A stretch of DNA of 64,000 bases from Octopus vulgaris. Its lineage: Eukaryota. A program made the translations under genes and the position numbers. Shown here piece by piece: positions 44,572-58,929 of the stretch. Where the stretch lies: positions 15,376,001 through 15,440,000 of the forward strand of contig OX597841.1 in assembly GCA_951406725.2 (NCBI GenBank). The letters run 5' to 3'. The notes below the pieces were generated by a model. The model worked only from the letters and a program-made list of their open reading frames with translations, had not been told where the DNA came from and made no database searches. Position 1 is the first letter of the stretch; the number at the start of each line of letters is the position of its first letter.

Positions 44572-44992
44572 ATACATACATACACACATGTATACATACA
44601 TACATACACTGCATATAGATGCATGAGGTTGAATCTCAGAATGCGTGTGTGTCTGGGAGCGCGTTGCGATTACGTAAACGAGTAGGCGGATAGGAGATCG
44701 TGTTTACGTATGTGTGTATATATGAAAATGTTTATGTATGATGCTACCATACGGGTGCGCGCGCCTCTGTGTGTGTGTGTGTGTATTTGTGTGTTTGTTT
44801 GTGCGTGTGTGTATGTGTGTGTGTGTGAAATGTAGGGGCTACATCTGGCAGAACCACGTGGCACACGCGTCACGGGCGTGGATTGTCACTCTGATTCTTG
44901 GTCGCGGCAGTAAAAAGAAAACAGAGAGAAAATCATATATACATACATACATATATATACATACATATATAGATGCGTGTATAAATATATAT

Positions 44993-45029
<37 letters not shown>

Positions 45030-45179
45030 TTTATGCATATATATATACGTATATAGATATATAGACGTATATGTTTACATATATGTATGTGTATGTAAAT
45101 GTGTGTATACATGGATGTATGCAAATTCTGACCTGTAAATTGTCTTGGGTTTATCTCCACGATGTATGTATCTATACGC

Positions 45180-45242
<63 letters not shown>

Positions 45243-45333
45243 TGTGTGTGTGTATGCATGCATTTATGAGTATATATATATATATATATATATATATGCA
45301 TATAGGCACAAATACACACCCATATCCATATAT

Positions 45334-45374
<41 letters not shown>

Positions 45375-46049
45375 CATACATACATACATACGCGTGTGAG
45401 TGTGTGTGTATTATACAAGCGTCTCGGTCTTTCTGCACAAAGTTCTTTTCATAATCGTGTGTCTGCCACCCTCACCCCCACCCCCACCACTACTCCCCCA
45501 CCCCCCACCACTACCACCACTACCACCACCCTCCCTCGTCTGCTCACTCCCTCCTTCCTTCCTTCTTTCCTTCCTTTCTTCCTTCCTTCCTTCCTTCTTT
45601 TCTCTCTGTACGTTTAAGCAATCTTAACTGTTGCATGCTTGGCCCATAATCTCTTCAAAATCCTTTCTCCCTTCTGCCGTCTGTCTCTGTGTCATATTAT
45701 ACCCTCAAATTCCCCCACCACAACCACCACCACCACCACCACCGCCACCTTCACCTCCATCAACTCATAACCCACCCTTTCTCTCCCTCTCTCATACAGC
45801 TTCTCTTCCATTCACTCTCTCTCTCTCTCTCTCTCTTTTCTCCTTTCTCTCTCCATATCTTTTCTTTCATGTCTCTGCTTATCTCCCTTGTTTTTTCCCC
45901 TCTCCTATTTCTCTCGGTCTCCCTGCAAGTATGTCTGAAGTCTCCTTCGCGCATGTCTTAAGTCTTATCTGTTCGTCTGGTCGACCTTTCTTTCTTTATG
46001 AGACCCTACGAACGTCTTAATATCTGCTAGAAATAACAGCCAAGATTAT

Positions 46050-46459
46050 TTCTTTTATTCTTTTATTCTTTTATTTGTTTCAGTCATTTGACTGCGGCCA
46101 TGCTGGAGCATCGCCTCTAGTCGATCAAATCGACCCCGGGACTTATTCTTTGTAAGCCCAGTACTTATTCTATCGGTCTATTTTGCCGAACCGCTAGGTG
46201 ACCTAAACACACCAGCATCGGTTGTCAAGCAATGCTAGGGTGACAAACACAAACACACACACACACACACGCATACATATATATATACATATATACGACA
46301 GGCTTCTTTCAGTTTCCGTCTACCAAATCCACTCACAAGGCTCTGGTCGGCTCGAGGCTATAGCAGAAGACACTTGCCCAAGGTGCCACGCAGTGGGACT
46401 GAACCCGGAACCATGTGGTTGGTTAGCAAGCTACTTACCACACAGCCACTCCTGCGCCT
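46050..46459 (-). mobile_element. SINE family A, full length
   Basis: Reverse complement of the 2287-2698 consensus. Confidence 0.9.
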
Positions 46460-46479
46460 ATTATCTCTTAAATATAGGT

Positions 46480-47542
46480 ATAAATCTGTTACAAATTTTC
46501 GCACAAGGCCAGCAATTTCGGGCGAGGGTATAAGTCGATTACCACGATCCCAGTGCATGACTGGTACTTATTTTCTCGACCCTAACAAGATGAAAGGTAC
46601 TAGACCTCAACGGAATTTGACGAACGAAATACCTATTTCTTTACTACCCACAAGGGGCTAAACACAGAGGGGACAAACAAGGATAGACAAAGGGATTAAG
46701 TCGATTATATCGACCCCAGTGCGTAACTGGTACTTATTTAATCGACCCCGAAAGAATGAAAGGCAAAGTCTACTTTGGCGGAATTTGAACTCAGAACGTA
46801 AAGACGGACAAAATACTGCTAAACATTTCGCCCGGCGTGCTAACGATTCGGCCATCTCGCCGCCCTTACATATTCGGTAAATCGCTTTCGGATTTCGGCA
46901 CAAGGCCAGCAGTTTCGTGAGAGGAGATAAGTCGATTACATTGACGCCATTATTTGACTGGTACTTAATTTATCGACCCCGAAACAATGAAAAACAAAGT
47001 TGATCTCGGTGGAAATTCAACTCAAAACGTAACGGCAGACGAAATACCTATTTCTTTACTACCCACAAGGGGCTAAACACAGAAGAGACAAACAAGAACA
47101 GACAAACGGATTAAGTCGATGATATCGACCCCAGTGTGTAACTGGTACTTAATTTATTCGACCCCGAAAGGACGAAAGGCAAAGTTGACCTCGGCGGAAT
47201 TTGAACTCAGAACGTAACGGCAGACGAAATACCTATTTCTTTACTACCCACAAGGGGCTAAACACAGAGGGGACAAACAAGGGCAGACAAAGAGATTAAG
47301 TCGATTACATTGACCCCACTGCGTAACTGGTACTTATTTAATCGACCCCGAAAGGATGAAAGGCAAAGTCGACCTCAACGGAATTTGAACTCAGAACGTA
47401 GCGGCAGACGAAATACCTATTTCTTTACTACCCACAAAGGGCTAAACACAGAAGAGACAAACAAGAACAGACAAACGGATTAAGTCGATTATATCGACCC
47501 CAGTGCGTAACTGGTACTTATTTAATCGACCCCGAAAGGATG
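46480..47542 (-). mobile_element. SINE family B cluster/multimer (about 6 units in two blocks)
   Basis: Repeated gacgaaatacctatttctttactacccacaaggggctaaacacag...atcgaccccgaaaggatgaaaggcaaagtcgacc; a head is present at about 46800-46865. Confidence 0.9.
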
Positions 47543-47839
47543 TGACGGTTTCTTCGGATTTCAATCCACGTCCACATAAACGTCTTCTGTTTTAACCCTC
47601 CATCTCCTCGTCATTTCAGCCTCCCCATCTCGGCGTTTTTTTCAATATTTATTATTGCCTGCAATAGCCGGTTCTTTGGGTCAAACTATCGTATCTCCAG
47701 CCGCTTCAGATGCCAAGATATCAAAAACTGTTAAAATCTTGTACAACGGTTGTGTAATGGAAAGGTGAAACTATTTTTTTTTTGTTTTCTAAAAAGAAAG
47801 CAATGTTTTGGACTTAGGAAACCTTTGCGTAATAGCAAC

Positions 47840-47915
<76 letters not shown>

Positions 47916-48189
47916 CGAGTGTGTATATATGTATGTATACACACACACACATATATAAAACAAGAAAAAGAAAATGGAGATTGGTAAGTTAATAATTGTT
48001 TATTATTAACAGCATATTAATCGTCATACCCTACACCTGTTTCAATAAATACTCAGTAAATATTAAATTTGTATGACGTGAGCTTCTTGAGAGGGAATAA
48101 TATGCTCTTGGATGTTTTATATGTGTTTATTGATTCATTATAGCAGAATCATATATATATATGTGTATATATGTGTGTTTGATTTTGCG

Positions 48190-48410
48190 TCTGTTTGTCT
48201 CCACATCAACGCTTAAAACCAGGCGTTGGTGTCTTTACGTCCCCGTAACCTAGCGGTTGGTCAATAGAGGCCAATAGAATATATACTAGGGTTTAAAAAA
48301 ATAGAGAGATAAGTCCTGGGGTTTGTTTGTTCGGCTGAAAAATAAAGCCGCTTCAAGATGTTGCCCCAACATGGCCGCAGTCAAATGCCTGAAACAAATA
48401 AAAGAATAAA
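48190..48410 (+). mobile_element. SINE family A 3' half, degenerate
   Basis: tttacgtccccgtaacctagcggtt...ccccaacatggccgcagtcaaatgcctgaaacaa. Confidence 0.75.
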
Positions 48411-48690
48411 GAGGGGGGGGATGAAAAAAAAGAAAAAATGAATAGCTAACCGTGACGAAATTCGAACACGTGACTACTGGGGTGGAGAATTGAGGGCAAA
48501 GCAACATCTTGAAATGTTGTTTGTGTTTCATGTCCCGAAATAACTTTTAAGCCCTAAAAAAAAAAAAAAAATTGGCGGGAAATTAACTAAACTGCTAAAA
48601 GCATGAGAGACGGGAGGGGGGTGATACGGCACGCGCGCTTATGTAGACCTCGTTATGTAATTGCGGCTTGTTTGTGTGTATATGCGCGTG

Positions 48691-48781
<91 letters not shown>

Positions 48782-48794
48782 GTATATATATATA

Positions 48795-48881
<87 letters not shown>

Positions 48882-48904
48882 GTATGCATATATATATATA
48901 TATA

Positions 48905-48983
<79 letters not shown>

Positions 48984-49268
48984 GTTTACATGTGTGTGTG
49001 TGTGTGCGAGACGAACGTGCGTCTGTTTGAATATGGTTGCACATACGTGTGCGATTACATGCGTCTACACGTATGTACGCACAGACAGACAACCCGCTAC
49101 CTCGCCCCGATCCCCGCACCACCCCGAAAAACACGCGGTCGTATGTGTTATACGCACGTACGCACCCGTTTACATACACACATATATGCACGCACACATC
49201 TGCGCATACATCTCTCTTGCTTTCCCTGTCTCTCACAGTATCTGTATGTGTATGTATATATGTATATG

Positions 49269-49337
<69 letters not shown>

Positions 49338-49348
49338 TATATATATAC

Positions 49349-49404
<56 letters not shown>

Positions 49405-49543
49405 ATGTGTGTATGTATATTTATATATATTACTATATCGCGATTCAGTAATTCGTATATACATCTGTGTTGGTGTGTGTGATCTTGCTTGTATGTAGAA
49501 ATCTCTTTCAATGCTTGCTTTTTATCTATCTGTTTGTCTGTCA

Positions 49544-49890
<347 letters not shown>

Positions 49891-49952
49891 TCAATCTATC
49901 TCTCTATTTATCTATCTGTCGGTCTATCACCTCTCTATGTATGTATCTTTCT

Positions 49953-50034
49953 CGCGAGTGTCGCGTTGCTCTAAAGCAACTATGCCGTCCAGGGTCGACC
50001 TTCAGCGACTTCAACACAACCAAAGCCACTCTAT
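49953..50034 (+). mobile_element. Small Tx1-like LINE fragment
   Basis: cgcgagtgtcgcgttgctctaaagcaactatgc...gcgacttcaacacaa matches 23203-23284. Confidence 0.8.
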
Positions 50035-50119
50035 ATATATATACATTGTATATTTTGTGTTTATATATATATTGTATATATATGGACATATGATATATAT
50101 TTATCTATATGTGTATGTG

Positions 50120-50504
50120 TGTATGTATGTATGTATGTATGTATGTATGTATGTATGTATGTATGTATGTATGTATGTATGTATGTATGTATGTATGTAT
50201 GTATGTATGTATGTATGTATGTATGTATGTATGTATGTATGTATGTATGTATGTATGTATGTATATATGTATATATGTATGTATGTATGTATGTATGCAT
50301 GTATGTATGTATGTATGTATGTATGTATGCATGTATGTATGTATGTATGTATGTATGTATGTATGCATGTATGTATGTATGTATGCATGTATGTATGTAT
50401 GTATGTATGTATACATGTATGCATGTATGTATGTATGTATGTATGTATGTATGTATGTATGTATGTATGTATGCATGCATGTATGTATGTATGTATGTAT
50501 GTAT

Positions 50505-50538
<34 letters not shown>

Positions 50539-50651
50539 TGCATGTATGTATGTAAGCATGTATGTATACATGTATGCATATATGCATGTATGCATGTATG
50601 TATGTATGTATGTATGCATGTATATACGTATGTATGTATGTATGTATGTAT

Positions 50652-50685
<34 letters not shown>

Positions 50686-50732
50686 TGTATGTATGTATGT
50701 ATGTATGTATGTATGCATGTATGCATGTATGC
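50120..50732. repeat. (TATG)n microsatellite
   Basis: Direct inspection. Confidence 0.95.
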
Positions 50733-51001
50733 ACGACGTATATCTACGGCAGGCTCTGTCACGTGTAACTATATCTGGATAAGCGCGTGTTTGCATGTGG
50801 ACACCATTCCTACATTACCGTCATAATTTGATATCCGACAAGTTGGGACGCTGACCGCCATTTTGGCATCATTTTATCTTTTGACCCTCCGCTTTCCACC
50901 ACACCGTCTACCAAGTCAAAGGTCACGGGATTTTGGGTCACCGTATTATCGAACAGTGAAACTGTATCTTTGCGTTCGTGTCTAGATGATGTGTATTGGT
51001 T

Positions 51002-51046
<45 letters not shown>

Positions 51047-51164
51047 TTGCATGCAAGTGTGGGTGGAGAGACAGAAGACAGATGGCAGCACGGTCAACAA
51101 TTGTCTCGTACATAGAATATATTAAGAATATTATCATAAACTTACATGAAAACCGGAGTTGACA

Positions 51165-51320
51165 GATTTGGTTGTGTGCTAAGACGTTTGCTTGCCAACC
51201 ACATGGTTCCGGGTTCAGTCCCACTCCGTGGTACCTTAACCAAGTGTCTTCTACTAAAGCACCGAGCCGACCAAAGCCTCGTGAGTGGATTTAGTAGACG
51301 GAAACTGAAAGAAGCAGTTT
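51165..51320 (+). mobile_element. SINE family A 5' half
   Basis: ccaaccacatggttccgggttcagtccc...agacggaaactgaaagaagc. Confidence 0.8.
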
Positions 51321-51348
51321 GTATACACCCACCCTATACATATATGTA

Positions 51349-51460
<112 letters not shown>

Positions 51461-51591
51461 CATATATATATATATACATATATATATATAGTTAATCCAA
51501 ACATGCAAACACTAAGAGAGAGCATAACAACGCGAGGACGTGGAACAAGTATGGTGTTATTGGACGCTCAGGAAAGGAAACAAAGAAGGAG

Positions 51592-51630
51592 GATTTAACG
51601 TTTCGAGCCGGAGCTCTTCGTCAGAAACAT
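51592..51630 (-). ncRNA. Minimal Penelope-type hammerhead variant
   Basis: Minus strand atgttt-CTGACGA-a-gagc tccg gctc-GAAACGTT-aaatc. One extra A follows the core, stem II is 4 bp, and stem III is reduced to the palindrome AACGTT. Confidence 0.6.
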
Positions 51631-51749
51631 AGGAGAATGAAAGATCCAAGGAAGGGACGATGGAGGAAAAAAATCGCCAACGATACAGACGCTGTCACAT
51701 AGATAGATAGATAGATAGATAGATACAACCACACACACACACACGTTCT

Positions 51750-51834
<85 letters not shown>

Positions 51835-51983
51835 GAGAGATACATAGATAAAAAGGGACGTAGATAAGCAATTCGATAGATACAAACGTACATCCACGCA
51901 AACATGCAAACATACTTTCATTCATACACTCATACATACATACAAACATATATACATACATACAGATATATATACACGCATAC

Positions 51984-52036
<53 letters not shown>

Positions 52037-52214
52037 CATCTGTAATCAGGCAGACTTGTGTATATAGACATGTGGCATACATGTGTGTGTATATATAAGT
52101 AGCCATGCAGAAAGGAATGACATACTTAACATACACGAATTACTTGACTCATTTTACGCCCCTCCACCACGACCACCACCACCGCCACCACCCCTCTGCA
52201 CTTCCTTTCCAGAC

Positions 52215-52276
52215 GACATCATCATCACCGTCACTATCATCATCGTCGTCATCATCATCATCATCGTCACCACCAC

Positions 52277-52322
<46 letters not shown>

Positions 52323-52414
52323 GTCATCATCATCAATGTCATAACCATCATAGCGATCGTTATCGTCATAAGCAGCACCATTGCTATAGTCATCATAATA
52401 TTCATAACCATCAT

Positions 52415-52454
<40 letters not shown>

Positions 52455-52455
52455 G

Positions 52456-52490
<35 letters not shown>

Positions 52491-52625
52491 GTCATCAAGG
52501 CTATCTGAATTATTTCTTTTTTATTATTCTTGTATTCACAAATGATTATTACCCAAGATGACGTTGATAATGATAATAACGATGATAATGACGACAACAA
52601 CAATAACAACAACGACAATAATAAC

Positions 52626-52662
<37 letters not shown>

Positions 52663-52688
52663 GTAATAATAATAATAATAATAATAAC

Positions 52689-52730
<42 letters not shown>
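52215..52730. repeat. (CAT)n and (AAT)n microsatellites
   Basis: Direct inspection. Confidence 0.95.
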
Positions 52731-52731
<1 letters not shown>

Positions 52732-52825
52732 GAAACTCATATTCGGCAGCTTCATATATTCGTCTATCATCTGTTCATCTGCGTAGGCGAATATCGACGT
52801 ACATTTTTATACACTTCCCTCTCAA

Positions 52826-52902
<77 letters not shown>

Positions 52903-53116
52903 TATATTATATATATATATATATACACATATGTAAGCATAATATATATGTGTATATATATATGGATATATGGATATGTGTATGCATGTGTGTATATGTA
53001 TGTACGTTTATACATGTCCGTGTGTGTATGGAGGCAAAATATGATAAATTTCCTGCTGAAGGAATGCCAGCATTAACTTCCATCTCCTCAGGCTAATCTC
53101 TAGAGAAAATTGCTAG

Positions 53117-53278
<162 letters not shown>

Positions 53279-53384
53279 CGAATGCTTCATATGGCAGTCT
53301 GATATACTAGGCTTGTTTTGAGTTTTTTTTTCCTAAAATAGGAAATATATTCACTTTTATTAAACTGCAAACAGTTGGAGATTC

Positions 53385-53610
53385 GTGGCTCAGTTGGTTA
53401 GGAGTGTTGGACTCATGTGCGTAAGATTGTGGTTTCGATACGTTGTATTATCGAGCAAAACATTTAATTGATAAGTTGCTTCAGTCCGCTTCGTTGAGAA
53501 AAATGAGTAAATCTACGATAGACTGGCGTCCCATCCAGGGGGGGGGGGTATAAACGCCGCGAAAACCAGGAAACCAGCCCTCAGGGTCTATATGACTCAG
53601 TAGGTGCTTT
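53385..53610 (+). mobile_element. Old family C-like SINE
   Basis: gtggctcagttggttagg (A box), ggtttcgata, gagcaaaaca, tail cgatagactggcgtcccatccaggg. Confidence 0.6.
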
Positions 53611-54274
53611 TATCCTTTATTTTAACCAAAACTACAAACTGATGTCGCTTACTTCTCCTATCACTGAAATATTCAACTGGATTTTGAGAAATTATTTCTT
53701 GGGAAATATGCATGCTCAAAGTCGAAACCGGTATGGTTTCCAGTATGACTGTATCTGCTAAGCCCTATCAAACCTTATTTTCGCTATAGCGTGAATAGGC
53801 TAAACGTCAACTCTGCCAGATTCTCCATAAGATGGTAATGAATAACAGACGAAGAAAAAGAAAATGCAACTGATTTTCTTCATCGGTTTGCTTGTAATCA
53901 ATACTCTTGAGCTGTTAAAGCAATTATTTATAATTTTGCTGAGGAGCTTAGGTGAAGGGTAAAGTTAGACATGGGCCCAAGTCTAAGAGGATTAAGGGAT
54001 TTACTTCATAATCAATGAACCACACTCTTCAAGGGCCTTTTGACCCATTTTTCTCAGCCGTGTCTTTATATGATACACATCTCCAGTTTTTCAAACCATC
54101 AGAGTAACTTGGAACTTATGAAAGATAAGTTTTATATTTCTCAGAATGAATGAAAGAAGGGCTAACTAAAAAGTCTGAAAGACAGGCATGGACGTTTAGG
54201 ACAAGGTTTTTAAGATACTTTGGACACGCAAGGGGTTAATCTGAAATTTCACAAAACAGTAATATTCTTTTCCC

Positions 54275-54662
54275 CTCTAGGCACAAGGCACGAAATTTTT
54301 GAGGAGGGGGCCAGTTGATTAGATCGACCCCAGTACGCAAATGGTACTTCATTTATCGACCCCGAAAGGATGACAGGCAGAGTCAACCTCGTTGGAATTT
54401 GAACTCAGAACGTAAAGACAGACGAAATACCTACTTCTTTCCTACCCACAAGGGGATAAACACAGAGGGGATAAACAAGGACACCCAAACGGATTAAATC
54501 GTTTACATTGATCCCAGTGCGTAACTGGTACTTAATTTATCGACCACGAAAGGATGAAAGGTAAAGTCGACCCCGGCGGAATTTGAACTCAGAATGTAAC
54601 GGCAGACGAAATACCGCTACGCATTTCGCCCGGTGTGCTAACGTTTCTGCCAGCTCAACGCC
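54275..54662 (-). mobile_element. SINE family B dimer with head
   Basis: Two atcgacc..gaaaggatga units and head cgttt ctgccagctc. Confidence 0.85.
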
Positions 54663-54664
54663 TG

Positions 54665-54806
54665 TATTGGGTTGATGCATAATTATTGCGGCTTTTTTTA
54701 TTTTTATTTTATTCAACAAAAACATCTTTAAATGACGGTTTGACCATCTGCCAAGCAAATGGGAAGCAGTAATTGAGGTAGATGGTGAATATGCTCCGGA
54801 ACAATC
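54665..54806 (+). mobile_element. Internally deleted mariner relic
   Basis: TIR-like tattgggttgatgcataattattgcggc followed by GFDHLPSKWEAVIEVDGEY, matching the mariner C-terminal L..RW..VI..DG.Y motif. Confidence 0.65.
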
Positions 54807-54903
54807 ATTCTAAGATGTTTTTGTTACATGTTGTTATTGTTTTTGTTGGATAAAATTTGTTGAAGCATGTATGTACATACACACACAACAAACACGCATT
54901 CAC

Positions 54904-54977
<74 letters not shown>

Positions 54978-55874
54978 CATATATATATATATGTATTATG
55001 TATGTATGTGCACATGCGCGCGTGTGCAGAGATCTATTTCTTTGGCGCCAAGAATTCTGCACATTCCCGCCACAATCTCGGGAGCTGAACTGTACACGCG
55101 CGCAACAGCCTCGTCTCATCACTGACTCCACCTTACGCCCCCCATCACGCCCCCGCGCAACAGCGCCGAAACCCCACCACCACCACCACGACCACCACTA
55201 ATATTTGTACCACGTGTTTGAAAGGCGACGGTCCTGATCTTTGGCTCGCGACAAGACGTGGCGCGCTTGCGAATGTTTGTATGTGTGTGTGTGTGTATGC
55301 GTGTGTATTGCATGTGTGCGCCTCCCTTTATGTCAGTGTGTGTATTTGCGTGCTTTATCAATATTTGCAAACAGTTGAGTATATATATATACACACATAC
55401 ACATACACACTCAGACGCATACACACACAGACATATGCACACGCACATACACAGAGACACTTAAAAACTATACATACAAACACACACACACACAAACACA
55501 CATATACACACGCACATACAAACACACAAGCACATACACACACATTCAGACACATGCACACACACAAACACACACATACAAACGCACACATACAAACACA
55601 CGCACGAACATACATACACACACACTCAGACACATACACACTCATGCACACACATTTAAACACACACACACACAAACACACATATATATATATATTTGTA
55701 TGTGTATATGTTTGTATATATATCTATATATATGTGTGTGTGCGTGTGTTTGCGTTTGCATGTCTGTGTGTCAGTGTGTGTGTGTGTGTTTGTTTGCATT
55801 TGTGTGTGTGTGTTTACTTGAAGGAGGCATTTCATTTCACCGTCCTCCAACCCACGTAGCTGGCAAAAATGAGT

Positions 55875-55995
55875 TATACCTGTAATTCGAACGGGAGCAG
55901 CCTTGTCAGATTCTATGTCACGCTGAATCTCCCTGAAAACTACGTTAAAGATAGCATTACTGTGAAATACTCAGCCACTTGCACGTTAATTTCGT
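55875..55995 (+). mobile_element. SINE family D 3' fragment
   Basis: gtcacgctgaatctccctgaaaactacgttaa...ctcagccacttgcacgttaatttc matches the reverse complement of 6475-6590. Confidence 0.7.
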
Positions 55996-56103
55996 ATATA
56001 TATATAGTTGGAATTTATAAAAAACGACGAAGACAGATGTATAAAACAGGTGTATATAAACAACGAGCAGGTTTATTAGTTTAACGTTCGGGAAGGTGAG
56101 AAA

Positions 56104-56142
56104 GTATTTTACGTTTCGAGCCTTCGCTCTTCAACGGAAAGG
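56104..56142 (-). ncRNA. Degenerate minimal hammerhead variant
   Basis: Minus strand ccgttga-a-gagc gaag gctc-GAAACGTA-aaatac. Same architecture as 51592, but the core deviates from CUGANGA. Confidence 0.4.
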
Positions 56143-56287
56143 AACACGGAGAAATATACAGAGAGATAATAAAAAAAATGCTTTAGTGACTACCGGTCAA
56201 TCATGGCGACACACACTAGAGTAAGCACATAAATGCGAAGCAAGGTGGAAAAAATAGTACTCGAATACCAAAGGTAGAGTAATATAC

Positions 56288-56415
56288 TTTATTAAAAAGC
56301 AGCCAAAATATCAAAAACTGTTCCTCAGAGTTTCACTTTCCCGTTCGTCGAACTGTCCGACGAACGGGAACGTGAAACTCCGTGTAACAGTCTTTGATAT
56401 TTTTACTGCTGTTTA

Positions 56416-56420
<5 letters not shown>
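56288..56420. repeat. Inverted repeat of two degenerate compact hammerheads (family of 4981-5027)
   Basis: Plus arm ctgt-CCGACGA-acg ggaa cgt-GAAAC-tccgt-GTA-acag (56353-56390). Minus arm tcgacga-acgggaaagt-GAAAC-tctgag-gaacag. The arms extend to tttattaaa/tttaataaa. Confidence 0.7.
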
Positions 56421-56465
<45 letters not shown>

Positions 56466-56479
56466 CCTTAAAAATGTTT

Positions 56480-56866
56480 TAGCCCGAAGGCCGCGGCCAT
56501 GCTGGGGCACCACCGCTGAATGAGCTACACTAGTTTGTGAATCCACCTCTGATACGTGGCACTTGATCAACAAGGGAGTTCGATGCTGCTGCCCGCATCC
56601 GTGTCTCCTGTCGTGAGGTAGGTTCATCTGGGACTCCCAACAAGAAGAGATCCAGTTTAGTTTTAAACCCACATCCACACCATGTAAGTCTCTCAGGCAT
56701 TTAGGGAGGATGTTAAAGAGCTGTGGTCCTCTGAAACCCAAGCTGTTGCAGTATCTGGACCTGTATTTTGATGGTGATGTTGGAATCCTTGGCACCACGC
56801 AGCGGCGCCCCGTTCTGCGGTTGGAGTAACTTTGAATGCCAAAGTTTGGGACAAGACCCTCCAGGA
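56480..56866 (-). mobile_element. CR1-group LINE 3' end, frameshifted
   Basis: RYCNSLGFRGPQLFNILPKCLRDLHGVDVG and tail gtgccccagcatggccgcggccttcgggctaaaac. Same family as 1245-1576. Confidence 0.8.
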
Positions 56867-56975
56867 TATATATATATATATATATAGTGAGGAGAATTCA
56901 CGAAAAACAAAAGACGAAAGCAGATGATGTAGACAACAAACAGATGTATAAGTTTAGCGCTCGGGAAGTGAAGAA

Positions 56976-57012
56976 GTCTTTACCGTTTCAAGCCTACGCT
57001 CTTCCACAGAAA
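56976..57012 (-). ncRNA. Degenerate minimal hammerhead variant (paralog of 56104)
   Basis: Minus strand ctgtgga-a-gagc gtag gctt-GAAACGGTA-aagac. Flanks 56885-57045 are homologous to 56003-56170. Confidence 0.35.
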
Positions 57013-57042
57013 GGAACCCAGAAAGAAATAAGGAAAGACAAA

Positions 57043-57400
<358 letters not shown>

Positions 57401-57648
57401 AAACATTTACAAGCATACATATTGGCGAACAATTTGCATACAAACACACACACACACACACACACACACCTATACATACATACAGACAGACAGACAGACA
57501 GACAGATACGTATGCTTGTACGCAGAGAGACAGACATTTACTCATACTCACATTTATGTATTTATCCATCTGTCTCCTATATCTCTCTGTACATCTGTGT
57601 GTGCGTGTGTGTGTGTGTGCGTATGTGTGCGTATGTGTGTGTGTGTGC

Positions 57649-57717
<69 letters not shown>

Positions 57718-57904
57718 CGTGCGTGCCAGTCCCTCTGTCGCGAAATTAGGACACCGAGAGTAACTTAACACATCCTGCAAAAACCATAACACGAATAAAT
57801 AAATAAATAAAATAAAATAAAGAAAGAAATAATGAAAAAGAAATAAATAAAATTAAAAAAGTACAAAATTCACCCAGGAAAGCAACACCAACAATGCTTG
57901 TTTG

Positions 57905-58918
57905 TTCTGCTAGAAATAGCAGCCAAATCTCTCTCAAATCACACCTTACTGTCTTATCTATGCATATGCGTATGTATGAGCCAATGAGGGAGACCTCCAC
58001 ATGGTAGTTAGACCTGGTAGAAATAGCAGCCAAATATCTCTCAAATCACACCCTACTGTCTTATCTATGCATATGTGTGTGTATGAGCCAATGAGGGAGA
58101 CCTCCACATGGTTGTTAGACCTGGTAGAAATAGCAGCCAAATCTCTCTCAAATCACACCCTACTCTCTTATCTATGTATATATGTATGTATGAGCCAATG
58201 AGGGAGACCTCCACATGGTTGTTAGACCTGGTAGAAATAGCAGCCAAATCTCTCTCAAATCACACCCTACTCTCTTATCTATGCATATGTGTATGTATGA
58301 GCCAATGAGGGAGACCTCCACATGGTTGTTAGACCTGGTAGAAATAGCAGCCAAATCTCTCTCAAATCACACCTTACTCTCTTATCTATGCATATGTGTA
58401 TGTATGAGCCAATGAGGGAGACCTCCACATGGTTGTTAGACCTGGTAGAAATAGCAGCCAAATCTCCCTCAAATCACACCCTACTGTCTTATCTATGCAT
58501 ATGTGTATGTATGAACCAATGAGGGAGACCTCCACATGGTTGTTAGACCTGGTAGAAATAGCAGCCAAATCTCCCTCAAATCACACCTTACTCTCTTATC
58601 TATGCATATGTGTGTATATGAGCCAATGAGGGAGACCTCCACATGGTTGTTAGACCTGGTAGAAATAGCAGCCAAATCTCCCTCAAATCACACCTTACTC
58701 TCTTATCTATGCATATGTGTGTGTATGAGCCAATGAGGGAGACCTCCACATGGTTGTTAGACCTGGTAGAAATAGCAGCCAAATCTCCCTCAAATCACAC
58801 CTTACTGTCTTATCTATGCATATGTGTATGTATGAGTCAATGAGGGAGACCGCTACGTGGTTGTTAGACTGCTAGAAAGTACAGTCAAATCTCACTCTAA
58901 TCACTCCCTATAATGTCT
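57905..58918. repeat. 107-bp tandem satellite, 9 full units plus a diverged partial
   Basis: tagaaatagcagccaaatc recurs at 57911, 58018, 58125 and onward with period 107; the predicted ORFs repeat with the same period. Confidence 0.95.
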
Positions 58919-58929
58919 ATATACATATA

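Noticed and set aside
48030-48140. Minus-strand GAAAC-aggt-GTA with a possible long stem
   Set aside because: No intact 5' core and the loop is not palindromic; too degenerate.
54225-54240. aggggttaa as a piggyBac-like terminus
   Set aside because: No matching opposite terminus found.
57905-58918. CRISPR-like array or repeated small ORFs
   Set aside because: Whole 107-bp units repeat with no unique spacers, there are no cas genes, and the context is eukaryotic.
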